Positions 14,181-26,735 of a DNA stretch of 64,000 nucleotides are shown here, in pieces. The notes below the pieces were generated by a model. It searched no databases and was not told where the DNA came from. It worked only from the letters and a program-made list of their open reading frames with translations. A program made the translations under genes and the position numbers. The first letter of the stretch is position 1. Each line of letters begins with the position of its first letter. The stretch lies in NCBI RefSeq assembly GCF_009914755.1, contig NC_060926.1. The stretch is one strand, 5' to 3'. The DNA is from the human T2T-CHM13v2.0 reference genome, Homo sapiens.

Positions 14181-16092
14181 AAAATCTACTGGAACTTGTT
14201 GGCCCAGCTAAAATACCATGGCTCATCTGAAGCCTTTTTTTGTCCCTCCCATCTCTCAACCAGATTCAGACTGTTTCATGACATTCCCTCAGATTCCAAC
14301 AACACTTTCTGCTTCGCTATATTATAAACATACCATACCATATTTGGTAATTTGTTAGCTCTTCCTTATCCTTCTCATGTTAAATTGAGAATTGTTCAGC
14401 AACAGGGGCTGTGACTTAGTCGCTATTGTTTCACAGACACATTAGGACTGCAGTGAAACTGTAGAGGAATGAGTGAACTGTATAATCATCACGTCTCCGT
14501 GCATACCCGCACAATTGTACACATGCACACTTTTCTTTTTTCTTCTATCTTTACATTTTCTTTATTAATACATTTTAAAACTATTTCTCCCAAATAGCAA
14601 ATATATATTTACATGTTTCTTTAAATGATATGAAACTTACAATATCATTTGGCATTAACATTTGACAAAAATGCTATTTTTCCAGGAAGTCTACCTAGCT
14701 GTTCTGACCAAGGTATCTTTTCTGTTTTGTGTATCAATGTCTTCTCCAATGAACAAGCAAATAATACAAATACAGACATTGATCCATATTTATGCAATGG
14801 CAAGTGAATGCGGTTCACTAAGGCGGAAGCTGCCTTTTAGAAGGATTAAGAGATCTAATCTAAACCATATACTTTGCTGGTAATTTCAGCTGAAGAATTT
14901 GGTTTTTCTTCTTTGTGGAACGTGTAGTAACCCAGTATTGTTGTTGTCACTGAATTGGACAATATCAATGAAAACACTAGCAGACAGTTTATGTTTTGTT
15001 ATATTGGAAAATGCAGTTAGAACTGAAGGGAGGACCAACAGGGAATAATTTATTGCAAACAACCCAACATGAATTACTGAGAATTAGGCATTACTCTGTT
15101 GAATACTTTTTGACATGCTTTTCAGCCCCAAATTAAAAGTTATTAGGGCATATTGTGATGTAGTTATGTATACATCATAGGTAGTATGTAGTTGTATCCC
15201 ATTGTAACAGACAGATTAACTGAAGTACGAGGGATAGCCAATTCTATAGAATCTCATAGGGAGAAAAAGACTCAGGGAAGTATTCTAACTGCCTTTTATT
15301 GCGGATCCTAAGTTATGCTTGAATTTAAGTGATTCTCATCCTCAGTCATCATGGGTTCAATTACATTTAAGTTCATAAGAATACTAACAGGAGTAAATTA
15401 ATTCTGGACATGGGCATTTTGGAACCAAGTTCGCTTTTCTATGATTATTTTACTGGTGTACATTGTGTTTGAAGAATATAGTAAAAAAAAAGTTGGATGT
15501 TTCTGTATTGCAAAAACAAACAAACAAACAAACACTATTTATTCATTTGTGGCCAAAGGTGCCTTGAAATTTTATGAAGTAGTATAAAAAGTCAAGCTGT
15601 GGGAAAAATGTGCATGGGAGATAACCAAGCCTAGTCCCACCTTCTGCATTTTTCAGTTTGTTTTCTTATCAGCCTGCCCATAAACTGGAAAAGCATTAGG
15701 CACAAACCCACTGATAAGCATATGAGAATTTCTTCTAGTGTCCCTCATTCTTCTTTATGGAATCTGTTATAAGAATTTTGGAATCCCCATTTGAAATACA
15801 AAGAGTTACAATACAAATGTAAAAACAAATTATTGTAACGTCAGAGGCTGAAATGCATATGCAGGATCCCTTTTGTTAATCTTTGGATGAATGAGAGGGA
15901 GGGACACCTACCTGGGAAGAAAGAGTAGTAAATTCAGCTCACTACCAACAGAAATGACAGTGAAGGACTTTCTTAACATTGAGGCTTTGAAGGTTAAACT
16001 GTTGCATGTCACTTTCCAATTAGGATGCCTGGGAGTAAGCAACAGAAATAGACTCAGGCTTACTTCAAGAGAAAATGAATTCATTAAAAATA

Positions 16093-16211
16093 TTACTGGG
16101 TGCAGCACACCAACATGGCACATGTATACATGTGTAACCTGCACGTTGTGCACATGTACCCTAAAACTTAAAGTATAATAAAAAATAAATAAAAAATAAA
16201 TAAATAAATAA
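16093..16211 (+). mobile_element. Young L1PA (about L1PA2-5) 3'-terminal fragment
   Basis: GGGTGCAGCACACCAACATGGCACATGTATACA..CCTGCACGTTGTGCACATGTACCCTAAAACTTAAAGTATAATAA plus (AAAT)n tail. Confidence 0.93.
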
Positions 16212-16214
16212 GAG

Positions 16215-16395
16215 GACAGGCTTTGGAGCCAGGCTGCCTGTATTTGTGTTAAGTTTCACCATTACCTACCAGCTGTGTAAACTTGGGCAAGTTACTTAAT
16301 GTCTTTGTCCTCAGTTTCCTCATCTGTAAAGGATAATTTTAACCACTTCTTAGGTTTTTGTGAGTGCTTAGAAGCAACCAACAAATGTTAGTTCT
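16215..16395 (+). mobile_element. MIR
   Basis: GGCTTTGGAGCCAGGCTGCCTG..AGCTGTGTAAACTTGGGCAAGTTACTTAA..CCTCAGTTTCCTCATCTGTAAA core. Confidence 0.9.
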
Positions 16396-17069
16396 CAAAA
16401 AAAAAATATATATGTATGTATATAAGTTCTCAGAATCAAAGAGAAAGTTGGAATTTCAGGACTGGAAAATGAACAGGAGTTAGGAGGGCCTACACGTTTT
16501 TGAACATAGGAATGTGTTCAGGAAAATCTGATGAGGTTGCTGCAACTGGAAGCCACGTGAATGGGCATGCACCACATCACCCTTGCTGGATGCTGAGGGT
16601 CTGCTGTTGCTCTTGCGAATAATTTTTCAATTACAGTTTTATTATCTCAAAATTCAGGGTCCTGGGTGGGGGCATGACCTAAGGATATTTTATCTGGATT
16701 TTGTCTTATGGTTAAAGACTGGGTTGTACTTTCCACTGATACTCACATAATACAAGGATCCTCCAAAATAGAAAGGGAAGTCAGATGTGGAGTAGCCAAA
16801 TAAGAGGAAAAAAATGTATACTAGGTAGCCGGTATAGAGAAAATGGGTGCGTGGTCATTAATTTACCATCTTTAAATGCATATACTTATTTTCAGCGTAA
16901 CTGGATAAAAATGTCTGATTCTTTCTAAATTGTAATTATATCTTTTATCTTTTCTAGCAAATTACTTACTACTAGCTTCCAGTAATTAAAAAAAAAAAAT
17001 CAAACATCTATGTACAGGTACACTGACCAATATCCATGAACTGATTTTGGTTGATTTAAACCTGTAGAC

Positions 17070-17230
17070 AACCATGAGAAGTATTAATATCACATCTTTA
17101 CAAATGAGAAAACAGACTCAGAGAGATGAAGTAACACGATTGCCCAAATATTACAAAGAGCAATTGACACTGTCAGGATGAGATCTCATGTCTCTGTGAT
17201 AGAAATTTCATTTTTCTACAGAACCATGAA
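17070..17230 (-). mobile_element. MIR
   Basis: TTTACAAATGAGAAAACAGACTCAGAGAGATGAAGTAAC..TTGCCCAA is the reverse complement of the MIR core. Confidence 0.75.
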
Positions 17231-18569
17231 AAAAGTTATCTTTCAGATAACGTAGCTGTCATTTCATTCACTATTGACTATCTCTACATTTCTTAGATCT
17301 CTTTTTTTCTGTATTTTTTTCTTTACTAAAAATCGTGCTTTTATTTTTATTTTCTATTTTGAGTTCTATTGCAATCAGTCATATTAGGCAGTAACATTTT
17401 CTCCTAAATTAATGCCCTCATCCATTGGTTTTATTTTTCCTTATTCTCCATATCTGTATTAATTTGTGTATGGTTTTAATGAAAAGTCACATTATAAAAT
17501 AAGATCTTGTATTTTTTTAATCTTTATAACCTCAAGGCTCAGCACAGGGCCTAGCACATAGGAGGTGCCTGATACATATTTGCTTTATGATAATGGGCTC
17601 GAAGAAGGAAAATAAGGCATGACAATGGGGTGGCAAAGGAAAAGTGAAAAAGGAGAAAGTTGGGTAGAGAAGAAAATGGATATGCAATGACTAGATAAAA
17701 CCATCTTCTAGCACTTCGACCCGCATAAATCAACACATAAGGGATTTTTAAATAACAGTTATAATATTGATAACTGTTTGTCTCCTGTGGGTTCCAGTTT
17801 ATTTCTCGGGGCCTGTAAATATTTTTCTTAATGTTTTCAATTACCAAAATGATTTATTCATCACGAGGTCTTCTCTTATGCTAAATAAGTTTTATGAACT
17901 GACATAGCCAAGAGAAAGTCTGTTATTATATTCCTTATATTCCATTTATTGGAGTTGGTCTTTTTGCTAACTTTTATCTGGTATCCATTTATCTCCTAAA
18001 AAGCGTGGATTAAAAGATAAGGCTTTAGGACTGGTAAGTGACTTACATAATTATGAATTTAAGACAAAGGGACATATTTCATTTCTTTGAAAATGCATAA
18101 AGTGCTGCAAAGGTTTTAAGAAATAAGAACTCTTTGAAAGGGCTTCCTGATATGAATAATTGCAAATGTCAAGGTATGAGAGTTTCCTGATAGTGATTCT
18201 ATTTCTAGAATGTCAGGTACTGATGCAAAGGTGACATGAGTGATTTGAATGAGTTGTTCTATGTCTCAGAGATGGTCCCATAGAGAAATGAAAGCAGTGC
18301 TTTATAACCAACAGAGAGATTTATTTAAGGCCAAAATGTCAGAGGTAATCAAACTGTTTAATTTGTGCTCATAGTTTTGCTTTGCATTATATAACTGGAC
18401 ACACAGAATTTATTGTATACTGACAAATTATGGAAACAGAATTTTATAAAAAGTAAAGTTGAATGCTGCATTGTGGCTTTCAGTAAATTTTGATAAAAGT
18501 CTTTATGGTAATATTCTTAATGAAGTATAAATGCTGATATATATTCTATATAACATTTTTCCTTTTGCT

Positions 18570-19032
18570 TTAAGTTTATATTAGCATGCATGCAACAAAA
18601 TATACAGAACTGATCCTCGTGAACACTTCCATGTGCATGGTGCCAAGTGCAGAAACAAAACATCGTTCACACTATTGAAAAACCTGTATTCTGACACCTA
18701 CCAGTAACTATTTACCCACAAAGATAATCATTATCCTGATTTGTAACATCGTTATTGGCTATCACAAATAGCATTACCAAGAACATTTTTGTATGCGTCT
18801 TTTGATACAGAAATCTATCTATCTACCCATATAAGTTTCTGTTAGGTATATACCTTAGAGTGGAGTTGCTGAGTCAGACCTATGCTCAGCTTTGGTAAGA
18901 ACTGTCAAAAGGATTGACAAATTGATTGTACCAATTTATTCTCCCACCAGCAGTGCACGAGGGTTCCAATTGCTTCACATCCTTGGCAACACTTATTAGT
19001 GGCTCTCTTTTTCATTTTAGCCATTCTAATTA
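18570..19032 (-). mobile_element. L1ME-type 3' relic
   Basis: TAGGTATATACC..GAGTGGAGTTGCTGAGTCA..TTGTACCAATTTATTCTCCCACCAGCAGTG..CACATCCTTGGCAACACTT..CATTTTAGCCATTCTAAT. Confidence 0.8.
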
Positions 19033-20325
19033 TAATACCAAAATATTTTGTGTGTGTGTTTGCTTATATATACTCCTACTACCAAAAGAATGTAAGTGAC
19101 ATAAATCAAAATAAGCACTTTTCATTTATCAATTTATACATCAAGATTTTAAAGAGTAATTCCTCCAAATGGTTTCTAGACTAAAATGCAGCATATTGCT
19201 TAGAGGAGGAAACTTTTCTTCAATATTCGATGATCCATCTAAAAATATGTCTTAAATATTTCAAAAATTTATATTTATTAAACAAATATAAAGGTTTTGC
19301 AACAGCTTATGTAGATGATGGAATTCAAGGTGTCTTATTCTTACAATATCTCTGATAAAAAATAACTGTAAATGTACTTATATGTTTTAATATGGTCTAT
19401 ATGATAATACTTTTTTATTTATTGAAATAAAATATAGCATGTTGGAGGTTTCTATGTGAAATAGAAACCTAATAGTGATTCTATTTCACTGAAGAATTTC
19501 CATGTGTCTCATTTATTTCCAAAACAATATTACATCAAATTAAAAGACAAATATTTAGTTTATTCTAAGATGTGTTCTTAAAGACATTGATAAACTGGCA
19601 TGACTAAAAAATTAAATGAAATCAAATTTTTACCTCATAAAACAAAAGGTCTAAGGTTCCAGATAAATTTTGAAGCCAGTGTTTTGTCAGGGGCCATGGT
19701 AAGGCTGGAATTTGGGTGGTGGGCCGGGAGCCAAAAAGAGCTGAGGATATGGTTGCTGGAATGTTCAAGTTCTATTAGGCAGGGAAGAAGGTGAGAACTT
19801 CATAGGCTTTGAAAGATATGCAACCAGTGCTAAAAAGAGCCGCAGTGATTGACTCTGGAAGGTGAAGCTTAGGATTCAAGTGGGAGATACTAAAACATTG
19901 GCATTGGAATTCACAAACATTTTAGGCATGTACATTTAAGACATATGTTAGGAATCATGACTCCATTTTGCCAATTATAATTCCTGTTAGGCAGAATATC
20001 TGAATCATTCTTCTGCCAGCAGTCCCCCATGTCCATCACCTATTCTGTAACTATCACCAATTATTTTCCCCAATATTTTCCTAAAGCTGATTAAACACTC
20101 TTGGGTCATAAGAAATTTACATTTGTCAATAACTGAAAAAAGTTGGTTCAAACTATGTGATCTAGCCTTCAAGCTGCCCTATGGTTTTGTACAAATTTAA
20201 CCTTTAGAGCAACCATATCATCATATGTATATTATCACAAAAATTAATGTTGGTACTTTATTCATAAACATGTATAATTTACATACATAAACTTGTATAA
20301 GTCATGTACAACAATAAATATAGTG

Positions 20326-21072
20326 ACTAATCATCAGGGAAATGCAAATCAAAACTACAATGAGATACCACTTCACACCTGTCAAGACAGCTATTATAAA
20401 AAAAAAAGTGTTGGTAAAAATGTGGAGAAATTGGAACTCTCATACACTGTTCAGTATACAAAATAATCCAGGTACTATACGAAGACAGCATGAAAGTTCC
20501 TCAGTAAATTAAAAATAAAACTACCTTATGATCTAGCCGTGCCAGTTCTGGGTATTTATTCAAAATAATTGAAATTGGAATCTCAAAGAGTTATTAGCAC
20601 TCCTATGTTCATTGCAGCCCTATTCACAATAGCCAGGATGTAGAAACAGTCTCAATGTCCATCAACAGATAAATGGTTAATGTGCCATATACATGCAATG
20701 GAATACTATGCAGGTTTTAAAAAGAAGGAAATTGTGCAATATGCAACAACACAAATGAACCTTGAAGACATTATGCTAAGTGAAATAAGCCAGGCACAGA
20801 AAGACAAATACTGCATGATTCCCCTTTTATGGGGAATCAAAAATAGTCAAATACATAGATTTTAAGAGTGAAATGGTGATTGCAAGGGGCTGAGGGAGAA
20901 GGGAAAATGGGAAGTTACTAATCAACCGACACAGAATTTCAGTCGAGTGAGATTAGTAAGCTCTAGAGATCAGCTGGACAACATTATACCTACAGTCAAT
21001 GATAATTCATTGTACGCTTACAGATTTAAGAGGGTAGATTTCATGTTGTGTTCTTATCACACAATTTTTTTA
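20326..21072 (+). mobile_element. L1MA-type 3' end
   Basis: CATCAGGGAAATGCAAATCAAAACTACAATGAGATACCACTTCACACC..GACATTATGCTAAGTGAAATAAGCCAGGCACAGAAAGACAAATACTGCATGAT..AGAGGGTAGATTTCATGTTGTGTTCTTATCAC. Confidence 0.9.
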
Positions 21073-21212
21073 ACTCTTTACAATATTTTCCTAGCCTTTT
21101 CTGCTTGACTACCTGCTTTCCACTTCTGTACCCCACTGTACCTCCTCCCATATTAAAAGGCAAACACAGATCCTTCCATAGTCTCTTCATGCTTTTGTGT
21201 ATTTGTAAAATA

Positions 21213-21553
21213 GAGTCATGTATCACTTGATGGGGATATGTTCTGAGAAACGTGTCGTTACGCAATTTTGTCGTTGTGCAAACATCATAGGGTATATCTA
21301 TACACACCTATTTTGTATAGCCTACTAGGAATAGGCTATATGGTACAGTTTATTGGTCCTAAGCTACAAACCTCTAAAGCATGTTACTATATTGAATATT
21401 GTGGGCAACTGCAACACAACGGTATGTATCTTTGTATCAAACATATAGACACGTAGAAAAGACACAGAAAAAATAGAATATTAAAATCTCATGGACCACC
21501 CTTATGTATGTGGTCTGTTACCGACCAAAACATTGTAATGCAGTGCATGGCTA
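21213..21553 (-). mobile_element. Tigger3a/MER7A (Tc1-mariner) element
   Basis: ~340 bp; termini (C/G)AGTCATG..GCATGGCTA flanked by TA on both sides; body GGGGATATGTTCTGAGAAACGTGTCGTTA matches the reverse complement of Tigger3a. Confidence 0.88.
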
Positions 21554-21589
21554 TATTGTACAAGCAACTATAGTCATCCATTTTTGTAC

Positions 21590-22030
21590 TGTTTCAGTAA
21601 AGGTTTCCAAATGGGAAAACAGATATTACTCTAGTGGTCCAGATAGAAGAGATTTAATACAGATAATTGTTACAAACAGTGTCGTAAAGGCTGGAGGGGC
21701 CAAAGTGGTGGTATGCAGAACCTGTAAACACATGTTGCCGTTATCAAGGCAGGACCCCGGGCTTACACTCCCGTCACCACTGCCACTGAGGTCCTATTGC
21801 TGAGGCTGGTGTGCCAGAGCCACTGCCAGAGGCTTCCGGTTTCTGACTGGTAGAGCTCTCCTTTTTTTGCAGAAAGTAACTAGAAGTCAACTAGCAAAGA
21901 AGCTGAGAAGACTATTTTGAAAGGAAGTCTTAGAAATGTAAATTTCAGGCTTTCTAACCACCCCCAGTAATAAAAAACCATATAGGGGCAGCAGCGGGAC
22001 TGACGACCAACAGACAACCTCCAATGTTTA
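21590..22030. mobile_element. Old LTR-like element (ERVL/MaLR class, subfamily unassigned)
   Basis: GC-richer block with LTR-like motifs (GGGAAAACAGA..AGAGATTTAATACAG..; GGAAGTCTTAGAAATGTAAATTTCAGG). Confidence 0.4.
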
Positions 22031-23476
22031 TGTGTCGGCGAGATTACTGATAGTATAAATTTATGTTAGTATTGTCATTGTCTGGTATACAAAGATGGGC
22101 TTCCGTTGAATTCTTTGTTGTTTTTGCTTTTCTTTGGTTTTCTCTCTTGCTTTTGTCACTTGACGATATCTCAGTGAAATTTTTCCAAGTCAACTTTATT
22201 CTTTTCCAAGCACAAATTTATTCTCTTCAAGTCATGAATGTTATTATATGGTGTGGATGAATAGTAATCCATCCAGGCATTCGATTATGATGAGTTTTCA
22301 TCTTGACTCTGACAATTACGAAGAGTTTTCACTTTGACTCTTCTTTTTAGTTGAAATAAACATCACTGCTCATTGCTCTCTGCAGGTTGGTGTATTTTGT
22401 TGTTGTTGTTGTTGTTTTCTGTTTTTTTTTTTTTTTTACACGGCTAGGTCCCAGGTTTAGGATTGCTGGTGAGATGGAATATGTTTTGTTTGCAATTGCC
22501 ATTTTATATTCCCAAATGGGAATAACACATTATAATTTCACAACTAAATTAGAAAAGGACAGTTTTCACTGCATCCCTGCCACCAATAGGCATTATCTGG
22601 GATACTTTCTTAATTACAATTTTATTTCCCAGAAAGCAAGCCATGGTGGAATGAATGCAAATACTATCCCAACTCCAGTGTAACTTTACAGATCTTTCCA
22701 AACCATTATAATGCATGGAGATTTTTGAATCATTCACCATTTTCAAATTTAAAATTGTCATGAAAATTACTCAAATCAGTGAAGGCAGAATAGCGTTTCA
22801 GTAATATTTCAGCTAAAACAGGTCTAATGTTTAATTATGTATCTTTTATTTTGTGTTTTTATTTTCTTTTAAGATGGCTAAAATTTTGTGAGAGTGCTGC
22901 TATTGTAGGTTTGTATCTGCCATTGTCGCAGGTTGAATCACTTATGGTAAGCTAATTTATATTGTAACTGCATTCCAACTCAAGATCTTCATAGACTTTA
23001 ATATCAAATTTTCATTTCTTGCCACATGTTCATCACAAGTTGTATGTCAGTGTGGAGAGAATCTGCCTAATGGCTCTTCACCCAGAAATCCAGGCTGCTA
23101 GGTGTCCAGCATCTGGTGAATTTGCTGGTAGTTGTGGCAGAAGAGAAGGTGGCAAATTAAAAATTGACTCTTAAAGACTTCTGCCCAGCAGTGATGTATA
23201 TTGGGTCCAATCATTTGTTAATGAGCAACATTGACTAACACATTGATTCGAATATCCCTTGAAACATTTATGACATATTTCCTAACTTGACATAATGCAG
23301 CACATAGTATTTCAATTGTTCTTCTATTTTTTTTTGTGGTGACTTTACCCATTTTGAATTATTTTATGGGTAGAGTAAGACCATTGATTTTGAAAAACTG
23401 GAAGTTGACTGGCTCTGCAAATTGAAGAGTTAGCTGGTAAAATAGCTTTCCCTTTTTATTTGTTGTGCTGCTTAGG

Positions 23477-23880
23477 TGTTGTGTTTGTTCTTGCATTGCT
23501 ATAGAGAAACACCTGAGACTGGGTAATTTATAAAGAAAAGAGGTTTAAGTGATTCAAGGTTCTGCAGGTTGTGCAAGCATGGCATACACATCTGCTCGGC
23601 TTCTGGGAAGGCCTCACTGGTGTTTACTCATGGCAGAAGGTAAAGCAGGAGCAGGCATATCACATGGCTAGAGAAGCAGTAAGACAGAGTGGGGTGGTGG
23701 GATGCCACACACTTTCGAACAGCCAGATCTCACACGAACCCACTCATATTGTGAGGACGGCACCCAGCTGTGAGGGATGCATGCCCATGACCTAAACACC
23801 TCCCACCAGGCCTCATCTCCAACACTAGGGATTACATCTCAAAATGAGATTTGGCAGGGACATAGATCTAAACCATATCA
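23477..23880 (-). mobile_element. MSTA/MSTB (MaLR) solo LTR
   Basis: TTGCATTGCTATAGAGAAACACCTGAGACTGGGTAATTTATAAAGAAAAGAGGTTTAA..TGAGATTTGGCAGGGACATAGATCTAAACCATATCA. Confidence 0.92.
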
Positions 23881-25149
23881 GGCGACTCACTGAAGAAAAT
23901 AATAGTATAAAATATTATGGCAGTTTAATCAATAACATTAGGATAAATAGCATTAGTGTGTGTCATATTTTCATTGTGATTAAATCTAAATGCAGCCCTT
24001 GATCATTGTCATTGGGGTCCAGTTTAATTTCCTCAGAGTGCTCAGACAGTACCTGGGGATACTTGCAGCTCTCAAATTGTTACTAATGGTTAGAGTTTTC
24101 AATTATTTTTGAAACAAATACAACTCAAGGATAAACTTTGATAATTGAAAAGGGATTAGGATGTTAAAAATGCACACTTTCATGAAGACAGCTACTTATT
24201 TTTTATCCACTGAAGAAAACATCTTATGGACATTCTCTCATATTACAGCTTTCAGTGGCATGGCATTAGAATTCTGATTCCATATTGCTTGTTCTTCTAC
24301 ATTGAAGCAGATGTCAGTTTCATATGGATTCTGAGTATCCAGTCTGTCAAATATAAATGTAATTACTGGTCAATAGTTTTGGATAATTTTTACATCTGTT
24401 GAAGTTGTGGAGGTTTTATTAATTATTTTGACTTAGATTTTATTCCCTTCAGAAAGCTGAGAATTCAGAACCATATTACTTTGGGTGAGGTCACCTCCAC
24501 TCCTAATAAGAGCAATATGTGCTGAGTAGTCCCGGTGTGCATGATCTGTGCTGTTATGACTCACAAGTCCCACTAGAAGTTTCAGGTACAGGAAAGGAAT
24601 TTCCTCCAAATAAGGAAAACGTTGTGCACCTGTGTTGTATACTGTTTGTGAAAAGCAAGAGGATGTAGTATTGGAAAGGTGTAAAGCTTATGCTTTAGTT
24701 GGCTAGAACAAAGTTCATATTTTTTCTCAGTTATCAGGGGTCGTGAAAGTCATTAAATCCAACTTCTATCCAGTGTTAGGGAAACTGAGAGGTAATTCTC
24801 AAACTTTTGCCTAAGTGTGATCCACATAATTTTAGTAATAAGCTTATTTCCTATTTCATTGTCTCACCTGAGAACTTTCTAACTGAGGTGGAAGCAATAA
24901 ATATTATTTGTTAATAGCTCTCTCCTCCTCCATGTCCCTTGCCTTCCTACTATTAATACTACCACTATTGCTGCTACTGTTCTGCTCCTACTCCTAATAC
25001 ATATTTAACTAATATAACATGTACTCTACCAGACAAAACGTTGGGATAATTTACATATCAGCTAAAGCTGTAGAGGCTTCATTTTGACTTAGAGTTTGTT
25101 GCCTCCAACACTCTTAACATTGTGAACCAGGTTATCTTGTGTACAGTCC

Positions 25150-25365
25150 ACCCTGCTTTTAGTAATACCCCAATGTGCTATTTATTCTGCATTCATCATC
25201 TCATTTACTCTTCACCACAGATCTGTAAGGTATGTGTGAGCCTTATTCACATTTTATAAAGTAAAGGACCGAGATTTAGAAAGGTTAAGAATGTTATCAA
25301 GGTCATTAGGATTTTAAATTTAGGCTGCCTGGCTATAAAGTCCACGCTTGTAACCACCCTGCAGT
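25150..25365 (-). mobile_element. MIR
   Basis: CTCATTTACTCTTCAC..CACATTTTATAAAG..GAGATTTAGAAAGGTTAAGAA..CAAGGTCA..GGCTGCCTGGCT. Confidence 0.7.
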
Positions 25366-26614
25366 ACCCTCCTTTCATTGTTTTTATTTATTTTTAAATT
25401 CTTACTCTGATATTGAGATTCTCACCTGTGGTATAAAAAAGATCCTGTTGTAGCGGTGGAATTAATAATTAAATACACCCACCTGTAAATGCTTGTTAAA
25501 TCACCAGAATTAAAATAGAATATCCATGAAATGTTCTAGATGTTCAAATTGCTCTTGTCACTGTGCACACCAAGATTTAAAACCTAGGGCCTCGTAAGTA
25601 TTCAGACAATTGTCTTGGAAGATCTTGTGTTTTCTCTATTTGCTACTGTGTGTTAATTCTATACCATGCTAGGATACAGGGGCCCTATGCCATCTTTCAC
25701 CTTCTTAGTAGAATGTTTGATCTAAATAGCAATTTGGCTTGCCCTGGACAATGTTGTGCTTCCCCTAACCAAAGAAACATGGTTCTCTGGAAGATTATAG
25801 TACCACATTGGTCAGCAGTTTCAAGTATTTGGCATTGAAGACATTGTAAAGCGAATTATAAATAATTTTATCCTGAATTATCTATATCATAGGCACATTG
25901 TGACATTGTTTAGTTTGCACCGTTGTTCCTGTTGTTGGGGCTATTGTTGATATTATTTTGGCAGACTGTGCTATGTTCAAATTAAGACTCTCTCTGGAAC
26001 TCTCAGTTATAAGGTTATTATTATTGCCGTACTATTTACAAAAGAGTTGCCAAGACTGGTGCACTGGAAGCTGTTTCCACTTATCAATTCAAAGGAATTT
26101 TAGTATCGTTTCTACCATCAGGGAATCTGTGAGCTGAGCTAGATAGAATCAGAGAGATTATCTAGAGATTATTTTATTGATCACCAAATGCATTTTTGTA
26201 AAAGTAAAGACCCCAAATTGAAGCTCTTCAAACAGTCAGTTGGTGTTACTAAAATGGCTTATAGTTACAGTTATCAGTCTCTTGAGTAAGCAAAATGTTA
26301 TCTCAAAGCCAAAACAATTTTGTGGTATGGAGAGAGATTATTAAGTAGTTGAAATATTGTTGCTGAAAATATGGATTTAAAAGCATCAATACCAAGTGCC
26401 ATGGAATTTCCAAATGACAACTTGATATTGATACAATAAAACAGAAAAAGCCATTAATAATTGAAAGCAATAAAAACATATGCCTTGAATAAAAACAACT
26501 TGAAGCCCGTAAATAATACAACATGGCTATTCAGTGATCATTCTGTAATATTAAAGTTTCAAAAGGCATCCTAACGTGTTGGATTTTTTGTTTGTTTCAC
26601 ATTTCCTGATCCAG

Positions 26615-26735
26615 ATTTATATTTTTGAAAATAATATCTACTATCAACCTGATATAAAGAGCAGTTCATTGCGACTGACATCTTCTGGAAAAGAAGAAAT
26701 AATTTTTAATGGGATTGCTGACTGGTTATATGAAG
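26615..26735 (+). CDS. DPP10: DPP10 coding exon (probably exon 8), 121 nt: IYIFENNIYYQPDIKSSSLRLTSSGKEEIIFNGIADWLYE
   Basis: Acceptor ..TTTCCTGATCCAG|ATT, donor GAAG|GTGAGT; translation matches recalled DPP10 and the DPP4-family NG(I)xDW(L/V)YEEE motif. Confidence 0.96.

Larger units (their letters stand above)
16010..16800. mobile_element. Old MaLR (MLT1-type) LTR interrupted by an insertion
   Basis: TTAGGATGCC..GTAAGCAACAGAAATAGACTCAGGCTTACTTCAAGAGAAAATGAATTCATT resumes after 16420 as AAGTTCTCAGAATCAAAGAGAAAG; resembles old MLT1 subfamilies. Confidence 0.5.
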
